From Chrysomallon squamiferum (Eukaryota; Animalia; Mollusca), in contig CM022669.1 of assembly GCA_012295275.1 (NCBI GenBank), positions 6,634,001 through 6,698,000 of the forward strand: a stretch of 64,000 bases of DNA. Reading direction: 5' to 3'. The translations under genes and the position numbers were made by a program. The notes beneath the pieces are model-generated. The model was not told where the DNA came from and made no database searches. It was given only the letters and a program-made list of their open reading frames with translations. Shown piece by piece: positions 1-12,616 of this stretch. Position 1 is the first letter of the stretch, and every line of letters starts with the position of its first letter.

Positions 1-64
1 CGTATAGTATTTCAAAGTGACAACAGCGATCATCGGGATGATTCGTCTTTTATGACATATTGTT

Positions 65-960
65 TTAAGTTTTAACTGGTTCGATTTCTGAACAGTATCT
101 CTTAGTACATAGTGTAGGTCCACCATTACTGCAAAGACACGTGTTACAACCGTCGTAAAACGTTTGACCAGGTCGAACACATCGCTTGGTTGTTACGTCA
201 AAACATCCGCAACCTAGAAGGAAAAAAATAACAACAAATGGAAGTACAAACTATTGATGATACTTTTAGAATTACAATGCATTTAGTATTTTTTATGTGT
301 GAACCTGAGTCGGTGCATGTTTTATATCCGACTATGTATTTGTGTATATGTATGTTTGTGTGTGTGTGCGAGCGTGCGTGCGTGTGTGTTTTGTATGTGT
401 GTGTATATTAGTTCTTTAGTGTTTAATTGCTGCTTTAGATCTTAAGAGATCATTTGGGAAACGATTTTCTTTTAAAAGCTAATCAATAAATTGTTGTCAT
501 ATAAAAATGATTTTAAAAGAAGTAACTTGTTACGATGTTGTCGCATTCACAAGACAATAACAAGTTATTCCCCCTGCACAAACACATAGCAGCTGATCAC
601 ATAATACATTCACATCCATCGTTCAAAAATTATATAGGTAATAATACACATACGCAGATGTTTAAATATTTAATATATACAAATAAATGAATAAATAAAA
701 AAAATAAAAAATAAATGAATGAATGAATAAATGAATAAATAAATAAATAAATAAGATGATACTTACCTAATGGTGGACAGGCCTTTCTAGTACACGATAT
801 TTTGCCGTTGTAGCACGTACATGTGTTGCAACCGTCGACGTGAGTGAATGTTTCTTGGTGTTTGTAATAGCGATTTCTAGCAGCGTAGTAACAACCTCGA
901 GATTCTGTAAGTAAGTAAGTTAGTTTTGATAATAATAATAACAACAACAACAACAACAAC

Positions 961-1021
<61 letters not shown>

Positions 1022-1367
1022 TAAATAAATAAATAAATAAATAAAGTAAACAAATAAGTTACCCACGTAGATATAGACACGCATATGGACAAATATACAA
1101 ATAGAAAATTAAATACATGAAAACATGCGCACATTGCTACTTATGTAAATATGTTTGTGCAAATGCTGAATAATAAGTAAAAAACCAAAACTATCCAGAT
1201 AGGATCAGAGAAGGAGAAAGTTTGAACTATAAAAATATGTTGAAAGTGTAAGATGGAATGACAGAGAGACCGACAGACAGACAGACTGACAGATAGACAA
1301 TAAACAATAGTTTACCTGCATAGCTGAAGTAAAGAATCACAAACAAAGTAAACAGCAAAACCTTCAT
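65..1367 (-). CDS. Secreted two-module pacifastin-like/half-VWC Cys-rich protein, paralog A (3 exons, 112 aa)
   Basis: Exons 1367-1316 (MKVLLFTLFVILYFSYA, signal-peptide-like), 904-767 (ESRGCYYAARNRYYKHQETFTHVDGCNTCTCYNGKISCTRKACPPL) and 213-65 (GCGCFDVTTKRCVRPGQTFYDGCNTCLCSNGGPTLCTKRYCSEIEPVKT*). All introns are GT-AG and phase 1; the 339-nt total is in frame. Confidence 0.85.
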
Positions 1368-1446
1368 TATTACACAATTTATACCGTTTTGTATTCGTTA
1401 TCTCAGGAGTTAACAGTGGATACTGCGCCACTTTGACAACATTGTG

Positions 1447-1543
1447 TTTATATAACCAGGACGTTCCGTGTTTTATTTGAGTAGTTTGTTTCTTCATTGG
1501 TTATCACCGTTGACTCTACCGAATCGTGGTGTTGAATGAGTCA
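1447..1543 (-). promoter_or_regulatory. Core promoter of paralog A: TATA box, CCAAT and AP-1 site
   Basis: On minus, TATATAAA at 1454-1447 (about 80 nt before the ATG), CCAAT near 1500 and TGACTCA at 1543-1537. The same layout recurs in paralogs B and C. Confidence 0.55.
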
Positions 1544-1820
1544 TGAAATCTACGTCGACAAATATCCTTCAACCTATAAAACAATTCGGCGGCTTTGCCT
1601 CCGGTGTTGCTTGCGGCTTTTTTCTGGAAAAGAGAAAGACAACATAAACTCACTGGACATTTGTTTCCGTATTGTAACATTATATCGCGTTAAGATGTTC
1701 GTAATAACAAATATTTCAAGTTTAAAAGAAACGATGCATGTTAATGACCATAAACAAAAGAAGAAAAAATACATGAAGCAAAGTGTGGAGAAAAATAACA
1801 ACAACAACAACAACAAGATA

Positions 1821-1879
<59 letters not shown>

Positions 1880-2903
1880 GGAAACAAACAAAAGAAAAGA
1901 AAAAGGAATGAAGAAAAAAATTACTAAAAAGTACTGTTTGGCTTTCAACGTGTTTACATATGTCGTCTTGACACTTACATTCAGTATTTGACTTTTCAGA
2001 AGATTCAATGAAATGCAACTCGTGATTGAAATTCATTGAAATTCTTATTTTTTGTACGTATATCTGTTTGTGCATATGTATCTATATGGATATGTTTATG
2101 TATATAAGTGTGTACCTAGTATGTATGAATGTAAATATGTATATATAATGTAGGTAGTTATGTAGTTTAGGATTCTGAATATTCTTTGTCTGGTGTACCT
2201 ATGTGCTATAGGACACTGAATAGGAAATATCCCAGACACGGGTTCTTTTTATATATCTATGAACGATAAAATAGAGCTAGCATGAAAATATGACAATTGT
2301 GGTGATTTTATTTTTACGATCAGACCGTGGTAACAATTTGATGATGAAAAATGAAATAATTATACGATGTAAAAGAAAGTCACCATACGTAAAGTTCGAT
2401 AAAGAAGGCTTTTTCTTACACATAGTAAAAATAACTTACCGCTACACTCAGTACTGTATTTCTCAGTAACACACGTTATAGGACACTGACATAGAAACCC
2501 CGATGTCAAAAAAAAAATATTTCCTGACCAGACTATTATTTTTAATGGCCAGGTAATTTTATTTATATATATTTAATGATTTATATCACTACATGCAAGG
2601 ATACCTACATACCTACCTGCCTACTTTCCTAGAAACAAACAAATAAACAACGTACATACAAATTTCCATTTTGTGTTTTTATACTTCTAAATCATCTCCT
2701 TCTTGTTCCAGCCTGAGGTTTATAAGTATTGACATGTTTGATTAATAAGGTGTATCTGTTATACAGCATTAGATATCTCGAAATTAGGTACGTGAAAATA
2801 ATATTCATGAAGGTCAAAGTTACTTTCATGCAATGAAATGGTTTCTCTTCTTAAGTATTATTTGACACCTCTTATATACTGAGCAGACAACAACAACAAC
2901 AAC

Positions 2904-2952
<49 letters not shown>

Positions 2953-3289
2953 GTGATAATAGTAGCAGTAGGATGAACGATGTCAGTAGAATTTGTAATA
3001 GTAATAATAGTAGTAAATGTGGTAGTAATAACTGAACATTTGACACAGGTAGAAAAACAAAAAGACAAGGTCAGTGGATCAAGAAAGAAAGAATTATTAA
3101 AAGAGAAGAATGCTGTTGCTGCCACTTGCTGGACTTTTTTATAAGTCCTAAATAAAATGACGATAATAACGAAAAGGAAATATTTATTTATTCGTTCGTT
3201 CGTTCGTATAGTATTTCAAAGTGACAACAGCGATCATCGTGATTATTCGTCTTTTATGACGTATTGTTTAAAGTTTTATCTGGTTAGAG

Positions 3290-4189
3290 TTATAGGCAGT
3301 ATCTCAGAGTACATATTGTAGGTCCACTTTTACCGCAAACACACGTGTTACAACCATCGTAAAACGATTGACCAGGGCGAACACATCGCTTGGTTGTTAC
3401 GTCAAAACATGGGCAACCTACAAGAAAAAAAACAACAATAAATAGAAGCTACAAACTGTTGAATTACAATGCATTTAGTATTTGTTTATGTGTGAATCTG
3501 AATCTGTGCATGTTTTATATCCAACAATGTTTGTGTATATGTATGTGTATGTGTGTGTGTGTGTGTGTCTGTTAGTTCTATAGTGTTTAATTACTGGTTT
3601 AGATCTTAAGAGATCATTTGGAAAACGATTTTCTTTTAAAAGCTAATCAATAAGTTGTTGCAATTTAAAAATATTTTAAAAGAAATAACTTGTTACAATG
3701 TTGTCGTGTTCAGGTCGTACTGCCTTACAGCATTCACAAGAAAATAACAAGTTATTCCCCCTACACAAACACATAACAGCTGATCACATAATACATTCAC
3801 ATCCATCGTTCAAAAATTATATAGGTAATAATACACATACGCAGATGTCTAAATATTCAACCTTCGCCGATATACAAAAAAAAAAAAAAATAAATAAATA
3901 AGTTGATACTTTCGAATTGGTGGACAGGCCTTTTCAGTACACGATATTTTGCCGTTGTAGCATGTGCAAATGTTGCAACCGTCGACGTGAGTGAATTTTT
4001 CTTTGTGTGTGTAATAGCGGTTTTTACGCAAACAGATAACAGCTGATCACATAATACATTCACATCCATCGTTCAAAAATTATATAGGTAATAATACACA
4101 TACACAGATGTCTAAATATTCAACCTTCGCCGATATATAAATAAATAAATAAATAAATGAATAAATGAATGAATGAATGAATGAATAAA

Positions 4190-4234
<45 letters not shown>

Positions 4235-7200
4235 GATGATACTTACCTAATGGTGGACAGGCCTTTTTAGTACACGATATTTTGCCGTTGTAGCACGTAC
4301 ATGTGTTGCAACCGTCGACGTGAGTGAATTTTTCTTTGTGTTTGTAATAGCGATTTTTAGCAGCATAGTAACAACCTCGAGATTCTGTAGGTAAGTATTA
4401 ATAATAAAAATAATAATAATTATGATGATTAATATGATGATGATATTTATATATTTATTTATTGATTTACTGATTTATTTTTTGTATTCGTATACAACTA
4501 TTTCCATTTTCTTGCTGTTTACACACCTGTACAAGCAATTAAGGTACAAACAATTTGACCATCTGATATACATGTACAAGTGTTACATCCGTCACCTGCC
4601 GGGAAGCTGTCGCCTACGTTGTAGTAGCGATGTGTGCCAATGTCGTAGCAAGTTGAATAGAAGAAAAATACATAGCAGTAAAGTTTTAATAAATAAATAT
4701 AAAAACAGCTTACGTGAATGTCGCAAACAGTTTTATTCTTATAAATAATAATCATTCATACCGGTTTTAAAGAAGCTGAAGAAAGTCGGTGGGATAGACA
4801 CGTAAGATGCATTACATTTGAGAAACTGTGCTCTTTGATTATCCATAATCAAATACTTAACTACGTAGATTTTTAAATTTATTTATTTATTTATTTTTTG
4901 GTACCTAGTGTTTGCTTCATGAAGTTTTATAGTAAATTGTTACGTCGTGTGCAGAAGCCGATAATAGTAATGGGGACATGCGAGTCTGACTTCGATTTCG
5001 TCATATTTTGGTTCCTCTACATTTCAGTAGGAAACACTGTCACTGACAGAAATACTGGTTAGCGTACATATTTCTTATCGGACTGGATGCTAAAATAAGA
5101 CAAGACAAAGTATTTCTGGAAAGATAACCATAACCCTAACCTTAACCCAAACCCAGACCCTAACCTAACCCTAACCCTAACCTAACCCTTACCCTAACCC
5201 TTACCCTAACCCTTACCCTAAACCAAAACCCTAACGCTAACACTAATCCTAACCTTCACCTTAACCGTAAGCGTAATCTTAACCATAAGCCTAAACGAAA
5301 CCCTAACCCTAACCCTAATCCTAACCCTAATCCTAACCCCAACCCTAACCTTAACCCTAAGTCTAACCCTAACCTAACCCTAGCCCTAACTTAACCCTAA
5401 CCCTAACCCTAACCTAACCCTAACCCTAACTTAACCCTAATCTAAACCTAGCCCTAGGCTAACACTAACCCTACCGCTAAAACTCACTTTCACACTAACT
5501 CTAACCTAACTCTAACCCTAACCCTAAAGCCTAACCATAAGTCAGACCCTTTTTTTACCTCGTTGTGAACAGTCTTTATGCGTGCAAGTAATTTTTCCAT
5601 TGTAACAGGTACATGTGTTACATCCGTCCACGGATGGGAAAGAATCTTTGTGCCTGTGAAAGGTTTCTGCAGCAGCATAATAACATCCGTGTATACCTAG
5701 AAATATAAATGCATATATTTTTGTCTCTCTGGCTACGTGTATGTGTTTGGAATGGTATATTTCTGTGTGTCTGTCTGTATTTAACGAGTCTTTCAAAAAC
5801 GTAACGATTATAAGTTGATACGTATAAATACAGACATAATGTTTAAAACGATTCTTGCTTTTTGTGATATCCGTAAAAATATTAATATTATGTGCTGCTG
5901 TTGTATTTCTAATAATGACGGTAGTAGAGATGGTTATTGTGCTGTTTTTGTTGCAGCTTCCAGACAAACGTGAAAAAAAAATGCAACAAGATTTATCCAT
6001 GTACTGATTTTACTGATCTCTCACCTGGACAAGCTATTTTGGTACAATCGAGGAATCCTTTTCTACAGGTACAACGATTGCATCCGTCAGCTGCTAAGAA
6101 ACTGTCGCCTTCGTTGTAATGCTGATGTGTTTCAGCATCGTAGCAACCTGTAATGTTAGATAAAAGAAAATACTACTACTACTACTACTAATAATAATAA
6201 TAAATAAATACATAATACAGCCAAATAAATTACAAAATATACAGATGAAGTCAAAACATACAACTAATTATGCAAGTAAGAAGATAACTAATTAAGTACT
6301 TACTTACCGACAAATTTATGTGGTCATTCTGTGGTAATATATGTACGTGTGTTCAAATGTGTATGTGTTTGATTTTAGCGATAAATGTGTTTATTATGTT
6401 GGCTTTTTTCTGGTTTATAAAGGTTTGAGACAACTGTTATTTAAATACACACACATATATATACAAATATATTCATATACATTCAAAATCGTATTTGCAT
6501 ACAAAAATACACACACACACATACCATTCCATACACAAATGTACACACACAGACACATACATACATATTCAGACATATATAAAATGGAAAAGTTAATTTT
6601 ATTACAAATCTAAAATGAATTGTAGTTCAGTGCATATATTGATGTGATAAGGACGTCTTTATCAATATAAAATAATAGAATGAAGGTATCGCTAAAAATA
6701 TTAATACAGCAAAGTCTTTTGTATCTTTTTTGTGATTGCTTTTCAGATATCAAACCTATGATTATTGTTATAATGATGGTATGTTTGAGTTGAGGAAAGT
6801 CAAACTCACGCTTATTATCATATGCGAGTCAGACTCCGATTTCATCATATTTTGGTTCCACTATATTTCAGTAGGAAACACTGTCACTGACAGAAATACT
6901 GATTAGCGTAAATATTTGTTATCGGACTGGATGCCAAAATAGCAGCATGCAAAAGAAGACAAGACAAAGTATTTCTGGAAAGATAACCATAACCCTAACC
7001 TTAACCCAAACCCTGACCCTAACCTAACCCTAACCCTTACCCTAACCCTTACCCTAAACCAAAACCCTAACGCTAACACTAATCCTAACCTTCACCTTAA
7101 CCGTAAGCGTAATCTTAACCATAAGCCTAAACGAAACCCTAACCCTAACCCTAACCTTCACCTTAACCGTAAGCGTAATCTTAACCATAAGCCTAAACGA

Positions 7201-8874
7201 AACCCTAACCCTAACCCTAACCCTAACCCTAACCCTAACCCTAACCCTAACCCTAACCCTAACCCTAACCCTAACCCTAACCCTAACCCTAACCCTAACT
7301 TAACCCTAATCTAAACCTAGCCCTAGGCTAACACTAACCCTACCGCTAATACTCACTTTAACACTAACTCTAACCTAACTCTAACCGTAACCCTAAAGCC
7401 TAACCATAAGACAGACCCTTTTTTTACCTCGTTGTGAACAGTCTTTATGCGTGCAAGTAATTTTTCCATTGTAACAGGTACATGTGTTACATCCGTCCAC
7501 GGATGGGAAAGAATCTTTGTGCCTGTGAAAGGTTTCTGCAGCAGCATAATAACATCCGTGTATACCTAGAAATATAAATGCATATATTTTTGTCTCTCTG
7601 GCTACGTGTATGTGTTTGGATGGGTATATTTCTGTTTGGATGGGTATATTTCTGTGTGTCTGTCTGTATTTAACGAGTCATTCAAAAACTTAACGATTAT
7701 AAGTTAATATATATAAATACAGACATAATGTTTAAAACGATTCTTGCTTTTTGTGATATCAGTAAAAATATTAATATTATGTGCTGCTTTTGTATTTCTA
7801 ATAATGACGGTAGTAGAGATGGTTATTGTGCTGTTTTTGTTGCAGCTTCCAGACAAACGTGAAAAAGAAATGTAACAAGATTTATCCATGTACTGATTTT
7901 ACTGATCTCTCACCTGGACAAGCTATTTTGGTACAAGCGAGGAATCCTTTTCTACAAGTACAACGATTGCATCCGTCAGCTGCTAAGAAACTGTCGCCTT
8001 CGTTGTAATGCTGATGTGTTTCAGCATCGTAGCAACCTGTAATGTCAGATAAAAGAAAATACTACTACTACTACTACTAATAATAATAATAAATAAATAC
8101 ATAATATAGCCAAATAAATTACAAAATATACAGATGAAGTCAAAACATACAACTAATTATGCAAGTAAGAAGATAACTAATTAAGTACTTACTTACCGAC
8201 AAATTTATGTGGTCATTCTGTGGTAATATATGTACGTGTGTTCAAATGTGTATGTGTTTGATTTTAGCGATAAATGTGTATATTATGTTGGCTTTTTTTA
8301 TGGTTTATAAAGGTTTGAGACAACTGTTATTTAAATACACACACATATATATACAAACATATTCATATACATTCAAACTCGTATTTGCATACAAAAATAC
8401 ACACACACACATACCATTCCATACACAAATGTACACACAGAGACACATGCATACATATTCAGACATATATAACATGGAAAAGTTAATTTTATTATAAATT
8501 TAAATAAATTGTTGTTCAGTGCATATATTGATTTGAGAAGGACGTCTTTATCAATATAAAATAATAGAATGAAGGTATCGCTAAAAATATTAATACAGCA
8601 AAGTCTTTTGTATCTTTTTTGTGATTGCTTTTCAGATATCAAACCTATGATTACTGTTATAATGATGGTATGTTTGAGTTGAGGAAAGTCAAACTCACGC
8701 TTTTTATGATATTATGTTTGGGGTATTTTATACCATGTCATGGGAAGTGGATGAACAAGAAGATTAACTTGCGAGAACGTTGATGACGATTGATCCACCA
8801 ACCCACCACGAATCAAATACAGGATGAAAAAGCAGTGTAAGATATAAATAACTCTATTACAATGGCTTTTACAT

Positions 8875-8905
<31 letters not shown>

Positions 8906-9337
8906 TATATCAAGATGAGATGATTTTAAAACAGCTTTGTTGGAGCAAACAATGATATTTCAGGTATTTTCAAAAGCTGCTTCCTGTAGCCTTATTTTCC
9001 TGCACTCTAGTGTAATCTTCGGTGAAACATGAAACATAAAGCTGGTGCGAAAGCTTTGATTATTTCAATATTGTACGATTTAAATAAAGTGACTGAATAT
9101 AACCATTAAACAGCCATCAAATAAATATTAAACATGATAATTTATGTCATAACACAGCTGGAATATCCGCATTCGTACATAAATAAACAGGATTTAATAG
9201 TTATATTCATTTTTCTAATAAATACTTTGTTATTATTTAATGTCTCTGTTTCTTTATACTTTTGTTCCTTTGAGGATATTTTCACACACCCACACCCACA
9301 CACACGTTACTCTTTAAGCCCATCCCTGATGACATTC

Positions 9338-9373
<36 letters not shown>

Positions 9374-10440
9374 CATCGCTTATACTTTAGTTACGTCTCT
9401 ATTTCGTCCGTTCGTCTTTGTTTACTGTCATCTTTCTTTTCTTTTCTACATTTAATCATTCATTCATATATTTATTTACCTTTACAAATTTTCTTCGTGC
9501 ATCTGATTTGTTTCAACCAGCAGTAACAGGTGTTGCATTCGTCACCTGCGCTCCACACTGAGCCGTGAGTTCGAACCTTGCCAAGCCACACACAGTTAAA
9601 CCAACTCGTCCACCAAGCGTCTGAATAAAAAAATGATATCAGAAAACGTTCTAAACAACTTTGTTTATCTCACTGTTTTACGAATGAACTTCACGTAAGC
9701 AAGGATTTTACAGATGTACGCGATCTTTGTTGTTGTTTGTTTTTGTTTTTTTCCGTTGGTGTTAGCTTTTTTTTCTTCTATCTTTCTGTAGTAATAGCTT
9801 TGTAATAAGTAATAAATTTGCTCATGTTGTTCTGACAGTTATAGCATTATTATTATTATTATTATTATTATTATCTATATGCCTACAGTAAGGACACGCT
9901 TTTATAGTATAACCGATCATTTAAAAAAGAAAATTAATAACAATAAACAGAAATCTTTGCACTCGAAATGTTTAAATAAGGACACAGATTATAATTGATT
10001 GCCAAAGACAATCTCTTAGATACCATAATACTCGATTATATAGACAGTATATATATTGTGCTACATTATCGAAATGATATTTATATTCTTTAGAAAGCCT
10101 CTGTGTATGTATGTATGTATGTATGTGTGTGTGTGTGTGTGTCAGAGAGAGAGACAGAGAAAGAGAGAGAGAAAGAGAGAAACAAAGAATGAGCGATATA
10201 AATCAGAGAGTCAGAGAGAAGGCAAGCAGATACTGAATAACAATAATTAAAAAAAACCCAAAAATAAAACAAAATAAAAAAAACCCAGACAGGATCAGAA
10301 AAATAGAAATTTGAAGCAGGAAAATATGTTCAAAGTGTAACACGGAATGACAAACAGTCGGACAGACAGACAATAAACAATAGTTTACCTGCATAGCTGA
10401 AGTAAAGAATCACAAACAAAGTAAACAGCAAAATCTTCAT
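3290..10440 (-). CDS. Secreted multi-module pacifastin-like/half-VWC protein, paralog B (8 usable exons, 7 modules, 326 aa)
   Basis: Exons 10440-10389 (MKILLFTLFVILYFSYA), 9620-9480 (DAWWTSWFNCVWLGKVRTHGSVWSAGDECNTCYCWLKQIRCTKKICK), 8036-7914 and 6147-6025 (GCYDAETHQHYNEGDSFLAADGCNRCTCRKGFL[A/D]CTKIACP), 7565-7428 and 5696-5559 (GIHGCYYAAAETFHRHKDSFPSVDGCNTCTCYNGKITCTHKDCSQR), 4384-4247 (ESRGCYY...CTKKACPPL) and 3417-3290 (GCPCFDVTTKRCVRPGQSFYDGCNTCVCGKSGPTICTLRYCL*). All introns are GT-AG and phase 1; 981 nt. AATAAA on minus near 3183-3188. Confidence 0.8.
3914..4028 (-). pseudogene. Dead module exon inside paralog B (5'-truncated, donor GT>GA)
   Basis: KNRYYTHKEKFTHVDGCNICTCYNGKISCTEKACPPI lacks the first Cys and the acceptor (it is fused to duplicated intron sequence). 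It ends C|gaaagt where the paralog C exon has C|gtaagt. Confidence 0.75.
4527..4652 (-). pseudogene. Intact-ORF module exon with non-canonical acceptor (AG>AA) inside paralog B
   Basis: 126 nt, CYDIGTHRYYNVGDSFPAGDGCNTCTCISDGQIVCTLIACT, with a GT donor. The polypyrimidine tract ends ...ctattcaa instead of ...cag. Confidence 0.7.
5125..5540. repeat. Degenerate interstitial (CCCTAA/TTAGGG)n telomere-like tract, copy 1
   Basis: Tandem aaccct units with variants, in an intron. Confidence 0.9.
6985..7410. repeat. Interstitial (CCCTAA/TTAGGG)n telomere-like tract, copy 2
   Basis: Same tract as copy 1, with a perfect (CCCTAA)n run at about 7203-7298. Confidence 0.9.
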
Positions 10441-10519
10441 TATCACACAATTTATACCGTTTTGTATTCGTTACCTGAGGAGTTAACAGTGGATACTGCG
10501 CCACTTTGACAACATTGTG

Positions 10520-10616
10520 TTTATATAACCAGGACGTTCCGTGTTTTATTTGAGTAGTTTGTTTCTTCATTGGTTATCACCGTTGACTCTACCGAATCGT
10601 AGTGTTGAATTAGTCA
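10520..10616 (-). promoter_or_regulatory. Core promoter of paralog B: TATA box and variant AP-1 site
   Basis: TATATAAA at 10527-10520 on minus. The AP-1 position reads TGACTAA (10616-10610) instead of TGACTCA. Confidence 0.5.
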
Positions 10617-10887
10617 TGAAATCTACGTCGACAAATATACTTCAACCTATAAAACAATTCGGCGGCTTTGCCTCTGGTGTTGCTTCCGTCTATTTTATGC
10701 AAAAGAGAAACACACTATAAACTCAATGGAAATTGTTTTCCGTAATAAAACATTATATCGCGTTAAGATTATCGTGTTAATAAATATTTCAAGTTTAAGA
10801 TAAGCGATGCATGTTAATGACCATAAAGAAAACAAGAAAAAACACACGAAGGAAAGAGAGGAGAAAAACAACAACAACAACAACAAC

Positions 10888-10948
<61 letters not shown>

Positions 10949-11168
10949 TAATAAGGAAACAAAGAAAAGAAAAAGTAATGAAGAAGAAAAAAAACTAAAA
11001 TGTAGGACTCGGCGTTTAACGAGTTTACATGTGTCGTCTTGACATTTGCAGTTAGTATTTGACTTTTTAGAAGATTCAATAAAATGCAACTCGTGGTTGA
11101 AATTCATTGAAATTCTTCTTGTCTGTACGTATATCTGTATGTGTATCACATGTATCTGTGTGTGTGCG

Positions 11169-11229
<61 letters not shown>

Positions 11230-12578
11230 GGACATGTTTATGTATATAAGTATGTACCTTTGTATGTATGAATGTAAATATGTATGTATATGTAGGTAGG
11301 TATGTAGTTTAGGATTTTGAATATTCTTTGTCTTATGTACGTCTGATTAGACTCTGCACATGGACAATACTCGGGAACGCTTTTATTATGTCCCATCTCT
11401 TTGCAGTTCATGTTTTGTCGTGACTGTACGAATTAAAGATGTTCTTACATATAAAATATGCTTGCAGGTTTGTACCTACCAGTCACACAGACAGGGACTC
11501 TTGTTGTCCATGGTATTTTAGCTTCATGCTATGGTTTTGTTGATGACGACTTTGAACATTTGATCTTCGCTCCATTCCGTGTAAAATCCATGGCATGAAG
11601 TTGGATCTCGTCCAGTAATAGAAGGCATGAGGTATTTAGGTATCTTGCTGATAACTGGAAATGTTTTTTCTTTTATAAATTATTATTATTTCCTTTTGTG
11701 TTTATTTTTTTCTTCGTTTTAAAAACATATTTCTATTTGAGCACGATTTTCAAGTATATGCCATATACGTATTTGCAGCCTCATAAATTAAACTTTCAAT
11801 TTCTTTTAAAATATACTTTTTAAGTGACATGTAACCATATTGGATGTGCTTAATTAACTTACCTATAGGACACTGAATGGGAAATATCCATCTAACAAAC
11901 ATATATAAACGATAAAATAGAGCTAGCATGAAAATATGACAGTTGTTTCAATTTTGTTTCAACGGTCAGAACATGGTAACAATATGAGGATAAAAAATGA
12001 AAAGAAAAAAGAAAGTCACCAAACGTAAAGTATGACAAAGAAGGATTTTTATTAAACAAAGTAAAATTTCTTACCGCTACACTCAGTACTTTATTTCTCA
12101 GAAACACACGTTATAGGAAACCCTGATGTCCAAGATATAAACATTTCCTGACCAAAGTATTATTTTTAATGTCCAGATAATTTTATTTATTTATATTTAA
12201 TGATTTATATAACCTATATGCAAGGATACCTTCCTATTTGCCCAGAAACAAACAAATAAGAAACAACGTACATACAAATTTCCATTTTCTCTTTTTCTGC
12301 TTCTAAATCATCCCCTTCTTGTTCCAGCCTGAAGTTTATAAATAGTGACATGTTTGATTAATAAGGTGCATCTGTCATACGTAATTACATTTCTCGGTAT
12401 TGTTCCAGCCTGAACTTTATAAGTATTGACGTTTGATTAATAAGGAGTATCTGTCATACGTAATTACATTTCTCGAAATTAGATACAAAATAATATTCCT
12501 GAAGATCAAATTTGCTTCCATATAACGAAGTGGTATCTGTTCTGATAGATTATATGCCACCGCTAATATACCGAGGAC

Positions 12579-12616
<38 letters not shown>

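Larger units (their letters stand above)
4978..8710. repeat. Near-identical tandem duplication of about 1.87 kb (two module exons plus telomere-like tract)
   Basis: Copy 1 spans about 4978-6820 and copy 2 about 6822-8710. Both begin atgcgagtc-gact-cgatttc-tcatattttggttcc and end aaactcacgctt. Exon offsets are 1869 and 1889 nt. Confidence 0.9.

Noticed and set aside
1312-1497. 61-aa ORF MKKQTTQIKHG... recurring three times (also 10385-10570 and 14261-14446)
   Set aside because: It spans the TATA box, and the real signal-peptide exon is in another frame. Recurrence reflects the duplication.
5125-7410. True telomere or chromosome fusion site
   Set aside because: The tracts are short, degenerate, in a single orientation, intronic, and duplicated together with their flanks.
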